64,000 nucleotides of DNA from assembly GCF_964188315.1 (NCBI RefSeq), contig NC_135661.1, forward strand, positions 32,488,001-32,552,000. The letters are read 5' to 3'. The stretch is from Podarcis muralis. Taxonomy: Eukaryota. This document shows positions 38,796-52,110 of this stretch, piece after piece. Within the stretch, counting starts at the first letter, position 1. Every line of letters starts with the position of its first letter. The position numbers and the translations under genes were made by a program. The notes under the pieces were generated by a model. The model had not been told where the DNA came from and did not search any database. It saw only the letters and a list, made by a program, of their open reading frames with translations.

Positions 38796-39041
38796 TACAC
38801 TGGTACCTTGGGTTACATATGCTTCAGGTTACATACGCTTCAGGTTACAGACTCTGCTAACCCAGAAATAGTACCTCGGGTTAAGAACTTTGCTTCAGGA
38901 TGAGAACAGAAATCGTGCTCCAGCAGCGCGGTGGCAACGGGAGGCCCCATTAGCTAAAGTGGTGCTTCAGGTTAAGAACAGTTTCAGGTTAAGAACGGAC
39001 CTCTGGAACGAATTAAGTACTTAACCCGAGGTACCACTGTA
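38796..39041. mobile_element. Tigger-like MITE
   Basis: taca(c)tggtacct ... aggtaccactgta. Confidence 0.88.
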
Positions 39042-40053
39042 GTAGAAATGAGGAATCTTCTTGTTTCAATCATTAATGGTCCACAATTGGACATTTCCAT
39101 GTATCAGAATTTACTTATGCGCCCACCATAATTGCATTATTCTATTTTAGTCCTTTCATTCTGAAATTGCTTTTCTATTGAGCTGTTCACGATCTCTAAC
39201 GGCACAGCTCGCTTGAATCTGGGGGACTCAGGTAAGGGATTATGGTGGTGATGTCACCCTTTGCATTAGGCAGAGGCTAGATCCTTGTATTCAACATGAC
39301 CCCTGCTCTCCTGGACTAAGACAATAGCACTGAGATGTGGGGTTCTTAATACTTACTGCTTCGTTATCTTGGCCTTTTCAAGCATACTGTCCTCGGTTTC
39401 TTAACCTTATTGCCACATTAGTCATGAGGACTAGAAACCTAAGAGATGAAAGTTTCAGGTCTGCAGGTTTCTGAGCTGCAATAAAATGGGGTAGCCTTCA
39501 TTTGTCCTGTAGTTTGTGTATTGCCGCTGAGGATTTGCAGATGCAGAATGTAGGTTTTTTGCCAGTATATTCCTGGTTACTTATTTTAATTGGAAGCAAC
39601 AGATACTATTTCTAGTAAGACCTGACTTTAAAGATAGTGCAGTCTGTAAAAGATTTGTATGTTGCTAGAGATTGGTGCTGCTGGAGAGAGAAACTACGAC
39701 ATTTTGTAGCACTTTGCATTTTCAACAGTTTATCAAGGTTTGAGAGTGCAGATTTCCTTTGGGGGAAATTAGTTCTTAAGTTTACAAAGTGCCCCTGCCA
39801 TAAATACCCGTAAAAAGGACAATTTGGTAGGTCATGTTTATTTTTAAGCAGGTCAAAGGACATTAGTATGTTCAACTACATAAATCTGTCTGGTACAGTA
39901 CAGAAATCCTCATGCCTTCATATCTCAAAGGGTTTTGCTTCTAGATCTGTAGAAGTGCAAAAATATTGCTACACAATGACAAATAGAAGGTGTGTGGGTG
40001 TTTTCCTCCCATCCAACACTGATACTTGTGTTTATTGATTTAAACCATTTATA

Positions 40054-40283
40054 TACAGTGGTATCTTGGGTTACATACGCTTCAGGTTACATACTCCACT
40101 AACCCAGAAATAGTACCTCGGGTTAAGAACTTTGCTTCAGGATGAGAACAGAAATCGTGCTCCGGCAGTGCGGCAGCAGCAGGAGGCCCCATTAGCTAAA
40201 GTGGTGCTTCAGGTTAAGAACAGTTTTAGGTTAAGAACGAACCTCCGGAACGAATTAAGTACTTAACCCGAGGTACCACTGTA
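40054..40283. mobile_element. Tigger-like MITE
   Basis: tacagtggta ... ggtaccactgta. Confidence 0.88.
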
Positions 40284-41606
40284 CTGCTTAACTACAGTAG
40301 TCTTGCCTCTAAGCACTTTACAGAGTCACCGTAAAGTCACCACCAGGTGTGCACCCAGAAGACTATTTTGAATCAATGAGCCTTCTTGTTGGTGGCTGAT
40401 ATTTGCACTGAAAACTAGAGCTTTCAACGTGGTACATTACATTATAATTAATATGATGATGGTAATGGTGATTATGACAACTATAGTGGATGCAACAGTC
40501 AAGGGTCTGCCTCCCACTTTGCTGCTTCTCTCCCTTCATTCACATTCGTGTCTGTTGTCGAAGCAGTCAGGAAGCAAGAGAAGCAGTAACACACATGCCT
40601 CTCCACCCCACATGCAAAATAATACTCATTTGCCTTGCCATCTATCTGCTTTGATCTAAAATACAGAACCTGATGGATGCCCTAGGTAAATCAAACGTTT
40701 TCCGTCTGCCAAAAGGGTTTTGCAAAAGCTTATTTCATGCCATTACCATTTTTCTGTTTCTAGCAGTAAATCAAAAAAGTATCAGCCCATTCATCCACTT
40801 TAAAAAGTAACGCCTTGCCTTTGTGTAATTACCCAGGCCCAGTGGAGACCTCCATACACAGTAAATCTGTTCATTTAAAAGGTTTCACTTTTAAGTACAG
40901 CGGTGACATAAATTGGTGGAGAGCAAATTTATTTATTTAATAGGTTTATTCTGTTAACTGGCCTGATAACTGTTAAGACTTCTGCTGCTGCTTCATATGG
41001 CAGGGCTCTTGCTAATGTCTCTGATTTATTTCTGCAGCGGATATTTATGTACGAAGGTCTAACTCCATCTAAGAGTGCTGGAAATTGGTATGTGGTTATG
41101 ATTTATTCTCATTACTCGCCTGTACTTAACTGGTGTTCAGGGGACCTTCATTGTCTCTACAGCAGATTTCTGAGAAATTAAGTAGCTTAACAAGTAGCAA
41201 GAAGGGAAGCTGAAAAGAATATGGCTGAATTCAGAGATCGCTTTGTTCCATTTCCCCAACTTTTCCTTGCCTGATAATTTCCATGTTTTATCTGATCTTT
41301 CACACAACGTAAAAGCCACTTGTGGAAATCTAGTGGAATCCAGCAGATGTTTTAGTGCTCATTTCCATGTTAATTGCTTCCAGGGAAAAATCCTACTGCA
41401 ACCCCATTAACCTAGTAGGCAACCTAAGGCCCGTGGGCCAGATGCGGCCCAATTCCCTGCTAAATGTGGCCCCTGGACGGTCTGGGAATCAGCATGTTTT
41501 TACATGAGTAGAATGTGTCCTTTTATTTAAAATGCATCTCTGGGTTATTTGTGGGGCATAGGAATTCGTTCATTCCCCCATATATATATATATATATATA
41601 TATATA

Positions 41607-41895
41607 TGCTTTCGTAGATTTTCACGGGTACAGGAATGCAGGTTTTGGTGTCCTCGGGTGTCTTCCCGTGTAAAAGTTGGGGTGTCTAGGCGACGTTTCG
41701 ACGAGGTCTCGTCGAAACGTCGCCTAGACACCCCAACTTTTACACGGGAAGACACCCGAGGACACCAAAACCTGCATATATATATATATATATATATATA
41801 TGCTTTCGTATATATATATATATATATATATTTGCTTTCGTAGGTTTTCACGGGTACAGGAATGCAGGTTTTGGTGTCCTCGGGTGTCTTCCCGT
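41607..41895. mobile_element. Penelope-like fragment forming a perfect 70-bp inverted repeat plus partial direct copies
   Basis: Arms 41636-41705 and 41708-41777, spacer GT; the cgacgtttcg motif is typical of Penelope-like terminal repeats; further partial copy at 41833-41895. Confidence 0.6.
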
Positions 41896-41920
41896 ATATA
41901 TATACACACACGCACATACA

Positions 41921-42150
41921 TACAGTGGTACCTCGGGTTACAGATGCTTCAGGTTGCAGACTCCGCTAACCCAGAAATAGTACCTCAGGTTAAGAACTTT
42001 GCTTCAGGATGAGAACAGAAATTGTGCAGTGGTGGTGCGGCAGCAGCGGGAGGCCCCATCAGCTAAAGTAGTACCTCAGGTTAAGAACAGTTTCAGGTTA
42101 ATAATGGACCTCCGGAATGAATTAAGTTCTTAATCCGAGGTACCACTGTA
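41921..42150. mobile_element. Tigger-like MITE
   Basis: tacagtggtacctc ... gaggtaccactgta. Confidence 0.9.
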
Positions 42151-43187
42151 GTCTGGCCCACCACATGGTCTGAGGGATGGTGGACTGGCCCACAGCTGAA
42201 AAAGGTTGCTGACCCCTGACCTAGAAAATTGTGGGAGCTTTCCCCTGTTTTATTTATTTTTTGCAGTTTTTGTGGATCACGCCATGAGATGAAACCTGGG
42301 GCTGTATTCCGGCATACAGTTTTTTCCTGACATTTTCATGGGTGAATTGTCGGGGGAACAAAATAACACTTGTGAGAAAAGGGTGGCGACACATCCAACA
42401 TTGGTCGGTTTTGCATCACACCACGAACACTGGTTTGAATGAAACTTAGTGCAACATGGTATATTGATCAGAAACCCACAGTTCCATGACGCGACAGGAA
42501 TGTTAAAAACTGGGATGGAAGTGCTAGTTTTATATCCGGGAACACCAATGCACCAAGAGGTGTGAGGCTGTTCCCTCCAATGGCCGACTCTTACTTGAAC
42601 CATTGCCCAGTAATCAGGGGTGGGTGGAGGGAGAGAACCATTTTTTCCATGGTTGCTGCATCACTGCCACAATTCTTGGACGGCTTTCTTCCTCTTCCGC
42701 TTCCTTGATGTTGCTGCAAGTAGCACTGTACTCAGCATTGCTCTGGAAATCTTAAGAAACCCAAACGCACCAGTGCAGGTTTGAAAACAGTGGTCAGATT
42801 GAGGCTAAGGAGAAGGCCTTGAAGCTCCTTGCTAGAGCATGCACTTGGCTGCAAAAGATCTCCGATTCAGTCTTTCATATTTCCATGTGGGGCTGAGACT
42901 CCTGCCTGAATCCCTGGAGAGAAGTTGTCAGTGTTACACCCAGGATGGGGAACCTGTGGGCCTCTGGACAATGTTGGACCCCCAGCTTCCATCAGCCCCA
43001 GCCATTGCAGCTGGCGGTCAGGGATGATGGGAACTGTAGTCCAGTAAACATCTTTGGAGGTCCACTGCCACCGCTGCGGACAATCCTTGGCTAGAGAAAC
43101 CAATGACCTGGTTTGGGATTTTTTCTGTGCTACTGTGCCTGCAGAATTAAGCCTGGGCTCAAATTAAGCCCTGCTTCTTCATTCGTA

Positions 43188-43639
43188 TGCAGTGGGACCT
43201 CGGTTTTTGAACGTAATCTGTTCTGGAAGACCGTTCGAATTCCAAAACATTCGAAAACCGAAGCATGCATTTCCGGAAGCATTTACAGTGGTACCTTGGG
43301 TTAAAAACTTAATTCGTTCCAGAGGTCTGTTCTTAACCTGAAACTGTTCTTAACCAGAAGCACCACTTTAGCTGATGGGGCCTCCTGCTGCCGCCGGGCC
43401 ACCGGAGTACGATTTCTGTTCTCATCCTGAAGCAAAGTTCTTAACCCGAGGTACTATTTCTGGGTTAGCGGAGTATGTAACCTGAAGCGTCTGTAACCTG
43501 CAGTGTATGTAACCTGAGGTACCACTGTACTTAGGGAAAACTCAATAGGGAAGTCACATGGCACCTTCGACTTCCGAAAAGTGTTCAAAAACCGAAACGT
43601 TTGACTTCCGAGACGCTCGAAAACCGAGGTTCCACTGTA
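43188..43639. mobile_element. Tigger-like MITE of a second family, hosting a nested MITE
   Basis: cagtgggacctcggttt ... aaaccgaggttccactgta TIRs. Confidence 0.75.
43284..43529. mobile_element. Tigger-like MITE, inverted relative to the other copies, nested
   Basis: Reverse complement of the 38796 and 40054 copies; TA ends. Confidence 0.88.
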
Positions 43640-46600
43640 ACAGAACAAGGAAAAGGCCTGCTGAATACGCAAAACCATATTAATGTAAAGCCTAATATGG
43701 GTAGTCTGAAATCAACTATAATTCTGTGACATGCCTCTCCCTGCCCCCGCCCCCCCTTTCCCTTTACCCAGTCAAAGAAAATGTTAGGGAAATATAATCA
43801 GCAGTGAAACAATTAAAATAATTGTCTTTCGCAAAGATGGTTCTGCACAATATTTTTATAAATTGAAGTCGGATGTGTGGTTGTGTTTTTTTTAGGAATA
43901 TATATGTATGTTTGTCATGCTCACAAGCCATCTCATTCCTCCCCCCGCCCTTTCTTCTTAAATCCTATTTGTAAATCTCAAGGGTGTCAGTTCTAAAGCA
44001 AGACAGGCCCAGCTGGCAGAAACTTGCAAGTGAAAGGCTGAATTTTTTAGCAGCTCCGAAGTTATTTTTAGAAAACATCTTTAGCTTTCCAATAAATTAA
44101 GATTGAAAGGCAGCGTCTTAATAAAAACAGAACAAGGAGGAACAATACCAGAGCAATCAAGCGGCGAGCTAAAAATATTGTGCTCAGGGACGGTGTGGAG
44201 CAGTTCTCCTCCTTTCCCATAATCCCTTGACACTTTTACTCTTGGTTTTAGCATCACTGTCCGCAGGTTTCTGCGCTTTCTCCCATGAATATTAAGTCCA
44301 GAAATTTGTTCTTTTTGAGAAGAGAACTTGGGTATCTGTAGAGTAGGGCTGCCACCCAAATGAAGAAAAGTTTATAATTGATGAATCATTTAAATGGTCA
44401 TTAATAATATTTTAAAGAGAGAGGAAATCCTATGGAAAAGCATATGAGTCCCCACCTACAGTTCAAAGTTGCAGTAGTCCAGTTGGAGTGCTGGACTAGA
44501 ACCTGGGAAACCAGGGTTCGAATCCTCCACTCAGCCACAAAGCTCACTAGCCACTGTTTCTCAGCCTATCCTACCTCACAGGGCTGCTGAGAGGATAAAA
44601 GAAGCATATGTGTTTGAGCTGCTTGGAGTGGGACATACATATCATAGTAAATACTTATTATAATCTTATACCCCTCAGTCAGAACTAGGCCTTAGGTAAG
44701 CTACTGTTCTTTCAAAGTCAAAGGCCTTTGAGAGGAAGAATCAGTGGGGGTTTTTTCTGGGGGTACGCAGGGGGACGCATACCCCTAAACATTTTGTGAA
44801 TCTAAGTTTGGCCTCATTGAGGGGCAGTATTTCAATATGAGTAGGAAAATGAGAGTACCCCTAAACATTTTTTTAGGAAAAAAAAGCACCGGGAAGAATA
44901 ATGTATGTAAAGTGCTTTGAACACTTAAACATGCTATAGCTATATATAATTGCTTTAATTTTTAGAAAACTCCAAAACAAATGCTGTGTAGACTAATAAA
45001 TACAGATATCCTTTTTCCAGATAACACACGTCGTGTCAGATGTGGGTATTTGTTCACTGAAGTTGATTTCCCCTAATTTAAAGCACAGGGTAACGTGGCA
45101 AAAATGGCTTATTAAGAATGCTACCTCTGTGAGATTTCATGAGCTATAGCACACCCTAGTGATATCAAGAAAGTAGAAAACAGAACCAGGTGGTTTAGGT
45201 GCCTTACAGAAGCTGACACACTAAAGAGTTATTGTGAGCTGGCAAAATTCCTTTGAGTACCTTGAGGAAATGTATTTGATTCCCATTTTTAAAAGGGGGG
45301 GTGGGCATTGTAAGAGCTGCAAAATTGTTGCAGCACAGCTGCATTCAACTCATCATCGGATACTGCAAGGAAAGGGGAACCCAAAATGTCAGTTTGTGGG
45401 CCCACTCTACCACAAACAGGATCGCAAAACAGGCCTGAAAGGTCACATAATAATAGTCACAGTCGTCATATCCATATTAACTCACTTAAAAAAAAAAGTA
45501 TGGAATGTTTAGGTACATTTTCAAAGTGGTTGTTTGGGAATTTAGAGGGCAACAGGTGAGGCAAAGTAGCATCCTTACCACTTCATTGGTTCTGTGCTTG
45601 CAGCCTAAATGTCATGAACTGGCTGGATGCTGGGGGGGGGGGTGAGGCAACAGCAGGGGAACCCCCCAAGTGATAAAGGCTCAGAGCTCGGGTGGGGATT
45701 GGTGCTGAGACGGTGTTGAGTGGTCCCGCAGGATATCCCTAATGCATTCTCCCTTCCTATTCCAGTGACTGACTGCAATATTTTGAATTGGGACAGAGAC
45801 AAAAATCTTTCCTGCAATCATAATGGAAGGACCTGTTTTGTGTGTTTATGCAAATAAAGTTTGCCATCATGTCGGGTATTTATTTAAATGCCATGCAATT
45901 CTTCCCCTCCACATAGGCAGACAACCCTAAGGGGGGCAGCGGTGGGAGAAGGAACTTCACCCCGAACAAAACAAACAGAATTGTTCCTAAGAACAATTTC
46001 ATTTCAAATCCACAGAACAATATTTCATTCATCCTTAATTATCTCCCCACTGGTAAGAGAAGCATCGCAGACTCCATTTGTTCTCCTGATTTTGTATGCA
46101 GTGTGATTAGGTAGCAGATTTATTTATTTTTTGTTTTAGTTATATATATATATACGCCAGCGAACTACCAGCCCTTACACATGTGGGGTTTGGCCTCATT
46201 GTTTGACTGGTAGAGCAACAAGCAAGAGGAACACGCGTCCTGCCAAATTTCGCAGCCCCCCAAGGTGCGCAAGTTCCAGGCTCCCTTTTCACTGCAATCC
46301 CCTCCCGTGCACTGCTTTGCTACCGGAACGGCGACCCCATTGTCTTCCGCCGCATTATTGTGAAGCGGCTTTTCTCTCCTGCTGTTTGTCCCCTGTAATC
46401 CGTTCGGTTGCTGCCGCCGTCCTGAGAATCTCCGCTTGAAAGGAATCACTTAGTGCTCACAGATGCTTCTCTTGAACCTGCTGGCAAGGATGCAGGCTTT
46501 GACTAAAGTACCAGGCCTGTGATCCTACTGATGGGGAAGAAGGGGCAGAGTGAGACAGCAAAAAAATTAAAATAAAATAAACGCCGCGAATCTCTCTTTG

Positions 46601-49600
46601 GTGGAGTTTATAATTTGTTGCTTTCATGGTGCTCTGTTCTCTGTGCTTGTACTCAACGTTATCTGCTCTCCCCTGTGGATTTCTCTACAAAGCATGATGG
46701 GAATGTTAGCATGGGAAAGGAAAATTAATACTGGCTGGCAATGTTTGCCTAGCACACATGCAAGGCAGATCACACAGCCACAAGCAAAGGGAGACATCTA
46801 CCGTTTGAGAGATAGTAAAGGAGGCACATGACAGCACTGCAGGCTTGGTAGGCAATTTGTCCAATGCCGAATACCACGTTTGGGAATTCTGTCGTAAGGC
46901 AGGCTTGGTATAAAAGTGAGAAAGTTTGCAGAGGCGATCATGGTTGGGAAAGCAAAATCTCTGAGAAAAAGCTGAAGTAACGGGTGGAGTGGGGGTTGTT
47001 GATGGATGGCTTAACCATAGCAAAGGATCTGAAGTTCTGCATGCAGGGAGTTTTTCATGGGGAAATCATGCAAAATGTGATATCCTACCTACACCCTGGG
47101 ACTGGTAGGGCAGAAAGCAGGGAGACTGACAGTAGAGGGCACCAGAGCCAATGACCAGCGGAGCCAACTCATTCCGACTTTGTCCCATCTGCCTTCTCCC
47201 TGCTGAGCTCCACAAGGGGAATACTGAGATGAGGAAGGTGATGGGCAGTGCCATCCCCCACTGGACTGAGTGGAAGTAGGCAGGCAGGCTGGGTGGGGGC
47301 TGGCTGAAGACAGAGTGTGGTTGGGTTGGTGGGGCATTGCCCCATTTGCCCTAATGAACCAGTCTCCGATGGCTGTATCCCATCATTCGGCTGCACTTGG
47401 CTGGCCCAACATTTTGCTGCCTGTTCCATGTAAAAAAAGGGGGGCACTGAATCTCACGTCAACACAAGAAATGGGGCAGGTTCTTCAACTGTACTTGAGG
47501 GCTGTTACCATTTGCTTTGGCGCCAGTGTGCTCCCACTGCTGGTGATTGAAGCCTAGTGCACATGCCATTAGCCACAGTCCATATCTATCCTGCAGTTTC
47601 TTGAGAAACCAGTCTTCCTCCAGTTGAAAAACGTAAGCCATACTCACTGTGCAGTTAAGCTGAGCAGGGCACATGTGAGACAGTCATTGCACATGTTGCA
47701 GGGGGAAGCTGCAGTCACACATAAACCAAACAGGTAATGCACATCCGATGAAGATATCCCCACCCCTCCAGTGATGTGCAAATATGACTTGAAATGCAGC
47801 TGGGAAGGTCAGACAACCTTGCTAGGGTTTAAGTCGCTAATGTGTACGTAGCCAATTTATTTTAATTTTTTTGTTTATTTGAATATTTATGAGCCACACA
47901 TTCATAAAATATATGCAGGTGGCTTACAATGTAAAAGACAATAAAGTTAAAAGCAATCAATAAATATTTATACAAATATAATTTAAAACTTCAGTATCCT
48001 GGTAGGTTAGAAAGGGGGGGGGGGATAAAAACCCTGAAATTCATATATAGGATGGGATACTTATGCCTTCAAATGCCCCAATCAAGCATAAACCAGGATA
48101 GGCAGGCAGTGGATGCAATCCTAAAGCACAAAAGAGGTTCACAGGCATGTACTTTTCTCACCTGCCATCTATCCCTCCACCACTCTTCCTTCTTCCCTCC
48201 ATCACTCTCCCAGAGCTCATCCATAATGCCACTTAATATGGCTAGGGAGTTTCCTGTACCTCCATTCATTCTCTGTGGTTCATACGATGCTCTCCTTGCT
48301 ACACCCCCCCCTCCCGCAATCCAGGTTTTCTTATATCAGGGGTATCCTGAAAATCTGGACTGAGGAGGTAGAAAGTGTGGGAAGGCAGCTTTTTGGAGGA
48401 GAGCATCATATGGACAATGAAGGCACGGGAAGTTTCCTATGCTCATTAAACAACACTGTGGGTGATGCCCTAGTGATGCTCTGATGCCCAAAGGGAACCT
48501 GGTTCAGGGACAGTGAAGTGTAAGAACACCAAGAGGAAGGAAGACTCCTATCCGTTGCCTGTACTTTCCATCACATCCTTGTCGTTCCTGGAGGACAGCT
48601 GGATCTGGAGATACAAGTCTCCCATGACCACATGAAGATTGATCTTCAATTGTCCTTAAGAGAGTTTCTACTAGCCAAACACTGCTGGGCATGTTACAGG
48701 GCGAAATTTTAATGCAACCACCAGATGGGGCTGTTTATGTAATAAAAGCAATTTCAGAGGTAACCTCTCACCTCCTGCTGTTCTGACCCCCCCCCCCCAA
48801 ACAAAATTCATCAACATCCTTGGTTTCCTGGTGTGCTCCCCGCCCTCCATTTTTTTGTATGTGAAGTGACCCAACTACATCTGCAGGGGGGGGGGGGCCC
48901 ATCAGGCCAGCAAAGACTCCAGATCACATCCTGCATAATAGAGCCTGCATTTAAGCAGCAGGAGTTGGACTTGATGACTCCGCAAGGTCCCTTCCAACAA
49001 CTCTCCGGTTCTATTGAAGGAATGAAGGTGAGGACAGGTGAAGTCACCCTGACAGGTGAAGACAGGCCCGAAGTCAACCCCCCCCCCCCCAAAGCAGGCT
49101 CAAAGCTTTTCAAAATCATTTTCTCAGCAGCTAAGCATCAGAAACATTCCGCTCTGCTGTAACAAAGGTAGAGAACAGTTCATTGTTTCTCAGGCCTTTC
49201 TCATGCCTTCTGGCCTTGCTAAAGAACCACATTGCAACTTGCTTTCTGTCCAGGAACCATGCCAGAACAAGAGATTGAAACATATCTGAACACTCTGAAA
49301 CTCCCCCCCCCTTTCCTGGGAAGGGCACCAAGAGTCCACAATAGTCCCAAGACAGCTTTCTGTACATGCTCAGGAACCTCAACATGGGGCAGGACTCCTG
49401 AGGGAGGAGAAAGGGGGAGGGAACTAGAAAGGGGTATATATGCTTGTGCACATGATTGTGAACTCGTGCATGCTTTTTGTGACTTATCACAATTGCTCCT
49501 TCTACCAGTTCATGGATGGTAGAAATAAAAGCCTTTTCTCCGAAACTATTCCTTGAGTGTCTGTTGACTCCCACTTCCCTTTCCCGGGCGCAATATTTTT

Positions 49601-50345
49601 CCCAACCCGAGGGCAAAGCCTCATAAGGCTACATTTCTTGGTCCGTTTGGCCGGGAAAAACAGATTCCCTGAGGATAAGGGATGTGGGTTCAAGGCGTCC
49701 CTGTGGTGAACAGCTCGGTTCGTGTCAGCAGTTCCAGTGCACATCCTGCCAAGTTCGTGGGAGGAATTGCCACCCGTTCCTGAGTGGACACACTGCAAGG
49801 ACCGGAGAAAAAGCAACGGCCGTGCAGAAAGAAGGTACCTCGAGGAAAAAGGTGAGGCTCCACAGGGTTAGGTGGGAGCAAAGAGAGTTTGATCAACTCC
49901 GCCAGCAGGGTAGAAGAAGTGCCACTGGTTTTGGTTTTGCCCAGAAAAGCAGCAAAAAGAGTGCTGCTGGGCCCCGGTCGAAGTCTAAGCAAAGCCGGTT
50001 GTGGTTAGTTGGTTGGTTTTGTGCCCAGAAGAAGCCGTAAAAAAAAAAAAAAAGTGCTCTTGGGCCCCGGTCGAAGTCGTGAAGCGCTGCCGGTTGGTTG
50101 TTTGGTTTTGGTAAAAAGGGGATTGGGGGAGGTGCATGGGTTTTTCTGAATGTGCGTGTGGGGACACTCCAGTGAATGTTTTGAGTGTGTGAGACGTTGG
50201 AAGCAACATGTGGTCTGTGACTGAGTGAGAGAAATGACGTTAGGAGGAGGGAGTATCCCAGTATCAAAAACCTGAAGAAAAAAATAGACTTCAACACTTA
50301 TGTGAAGTTCCTGACCGCCCCCATGGCTTAGGAAAAGTAGAACTG

Positions 50346-51266
50346 TGATTACCCGTGCCATGCCAAACTGTGCCCAGTATGGCAGCAAGTACAAGTTAGA
50401 AAAAAACCCCAGCAGTCTTGCCAGACCCTGAAGACAAAGGAGGAATAATTAGCCCCCCTCCACCCTATGCAGCAACTGCACCAGGGCTAAATGAGGTTCC
50501 CCCTACCCAACCCCCACGCAAAGAGACTGAGGGAGAAAAGAAAGAGAAGAGGAAAGTGAGGAAGAAGGTGGTATGGAGAATGAAGAATTCAGAATTAATT
50601 TAGAAAGTGGACAAGATAAATGCCCTCAGGGCAGCGGACAATACTGATGTTGCAATTGAGGCAGCTAAAACTCCACTTTGATGGCCCCACCCCACTGAGT
50701 GTACGACCCCCTGGAGTCATCCGACGCCCAGGACCACAGACCTCCAAGCACCTTAAATCAGAATCCTTTCGAAGAGGATCCGGCCAAAATAATTAGGGGT
50801 TTGATTACCCGTGCCATGCCAAACTGTGCCCAGTATGGCAGCAAGTACAAGTTGGGGGGGGGGGGAAACCAGCAGTCTTGCCAGACCCAGGAAAAGGAGG
50901 GAGGAATACTTAGCCCCCCTCCACCCTATGCAGCAACTGCACCAGGGCTAAATGAGGTTCCCCTACCCAACCCCCACGCAAAGAGACTGAGGAAGAAAAG
51001 ACAGGAGAAAAGAGAAGAGGAAGGTGGTATGGAGAATGAAGAATTCAGAATCAGGTGAAGTGGACAAGCAGAGTCTGAAAGAGTGTTCCAGTATGTAGAA
51101 CCTTTTAAAAGCAGAGCTGGCTAGAAGCAGCACAATGCAAGAATGTGAATTGACAGAAAGAAACAGAAGGGAAGGCTTAAAGAGCCCTAGGATTACAATA
51201 CTGACCATTGAGGAAATCCGCAAGATAAATGCCCTCAGGGCAGCGGACAATACTGATGTTGCAATT
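50346..51266 (+). repeat. Imperfect tandem duplication (unit 1 50346-50801; unit 2 50802-51266, continuing 52138-52240 after the CR1)
   Basis: tgattacccgtgccatgccaaactgtgcccag... occurs twice; unit 1 lacks about 160 bp present in unit 2. Confidence 0.85.
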
Positions 51267-52110
51267 CATAGAATCATAGAATCATAGAGTTGGAAGAGAC
51301 CACAAGGGCCATCGAGTCCAACCCCCTGCCAAGCAGGAAACACCATCAGAGCACTCCTGACATATGGCTGTCAAGCCTCTGCTTAAAGACCTCCAAAGAA
51401 GGAGACTCCACCACACTCCTTGGCAGCAAATTCCACTGTCGAACAGCTCTTACTGTCAGGAAGTTCTTCCTAATGTTTAGGTGGAATCTTCTTTCTTGTA
51501 GTTTGGATCCATTGCTCCGTGTCCGCTTCTCTGGAGCAGCAGAAAACAACCTTTCGCCCTCCTCTATGTGACATCCTTTTATATATTTGAACATGGCTAT
51601 CATATCACCCCTTAACCTCCTCTTCTCCAGGCTAAACATGCCCAGCTCCCTTAGCCGTTCCTCATAAGGCATCGTTTCCAGACCTTTGACCATTTTGGTT
51701 GCCCTCCTCTGGACACGTTCCAGTTTGTCAGTGTCCTTCTTGAACTGTGGTGCCCAGAACTGGACACAGTACTCCAGGTGAGGTCTGACCAGAGCAGAAT
51801 ACAGTGGCACTATTACTTCCCTTGATCTAGATGCTATACTCCTATTGATGCAGCCCAGAATTGCATTGGCTTTTTTAGCTGCCGCGTCACACTGTTGGCT
51901 CATGTCAAGTTTGTGGTCAACCAAGACTCCTAGATCCTTTTCACATGTACTGCTCTCAAGCCAGGTGTCACCCATCTTGTATTTGTGCCTCTCATTTTTT
52001 TTGCCCAAGTGCAATACTTTACATTTCTCCCTGTTAAAATTCATCTTGTTTGTTTTGGCCCAGTTCTCTAATCTGTCAAGGTCGTTTTGAAGTGTGATCC
52101 TGTCCTCTGG
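51267..52110 (-). mobile_element. Young 5'-truncated CR1 LINE with uninterrupted ORF2 C-terminus (ORF 52044-51346)
   Basis: ...[11 protein letters not shown]...EKDLGVLVD...[16 protein letters not shown]...RRLRGDMI...; (ATTCTATG)n tail; 9-bp duplication gttgcaatt. Confidence 0.95.

Larger units (their letters stand above)
41414..42218. mobile_element. hAT MITE interrupted by (TA)n, a Penelope-like fold-back and a Tigger-like MITE
   Basis: Left end agtaggcaacctaaggcccgtgggcc; right end gtctggcccaccac...aggttgctgacccctg. Confidence 0.7.

Noticed and set aside
38391-38903. ORFs of 60-170 aa
   Set aside because: Inflated by translation through the N gap.
41570-41921. Mirror-image ORFs on both strands; repeat-spacer look
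   Set aside because: Produced by the palindrome and (TA)n; not coding, and not a CRISPR array (eukaryotic DNA, no spacers).
42277-42603. 108-aa Cys-rich ORF
   Set aside because: No recognisable motif or splice context; plus-strand frames are closed.
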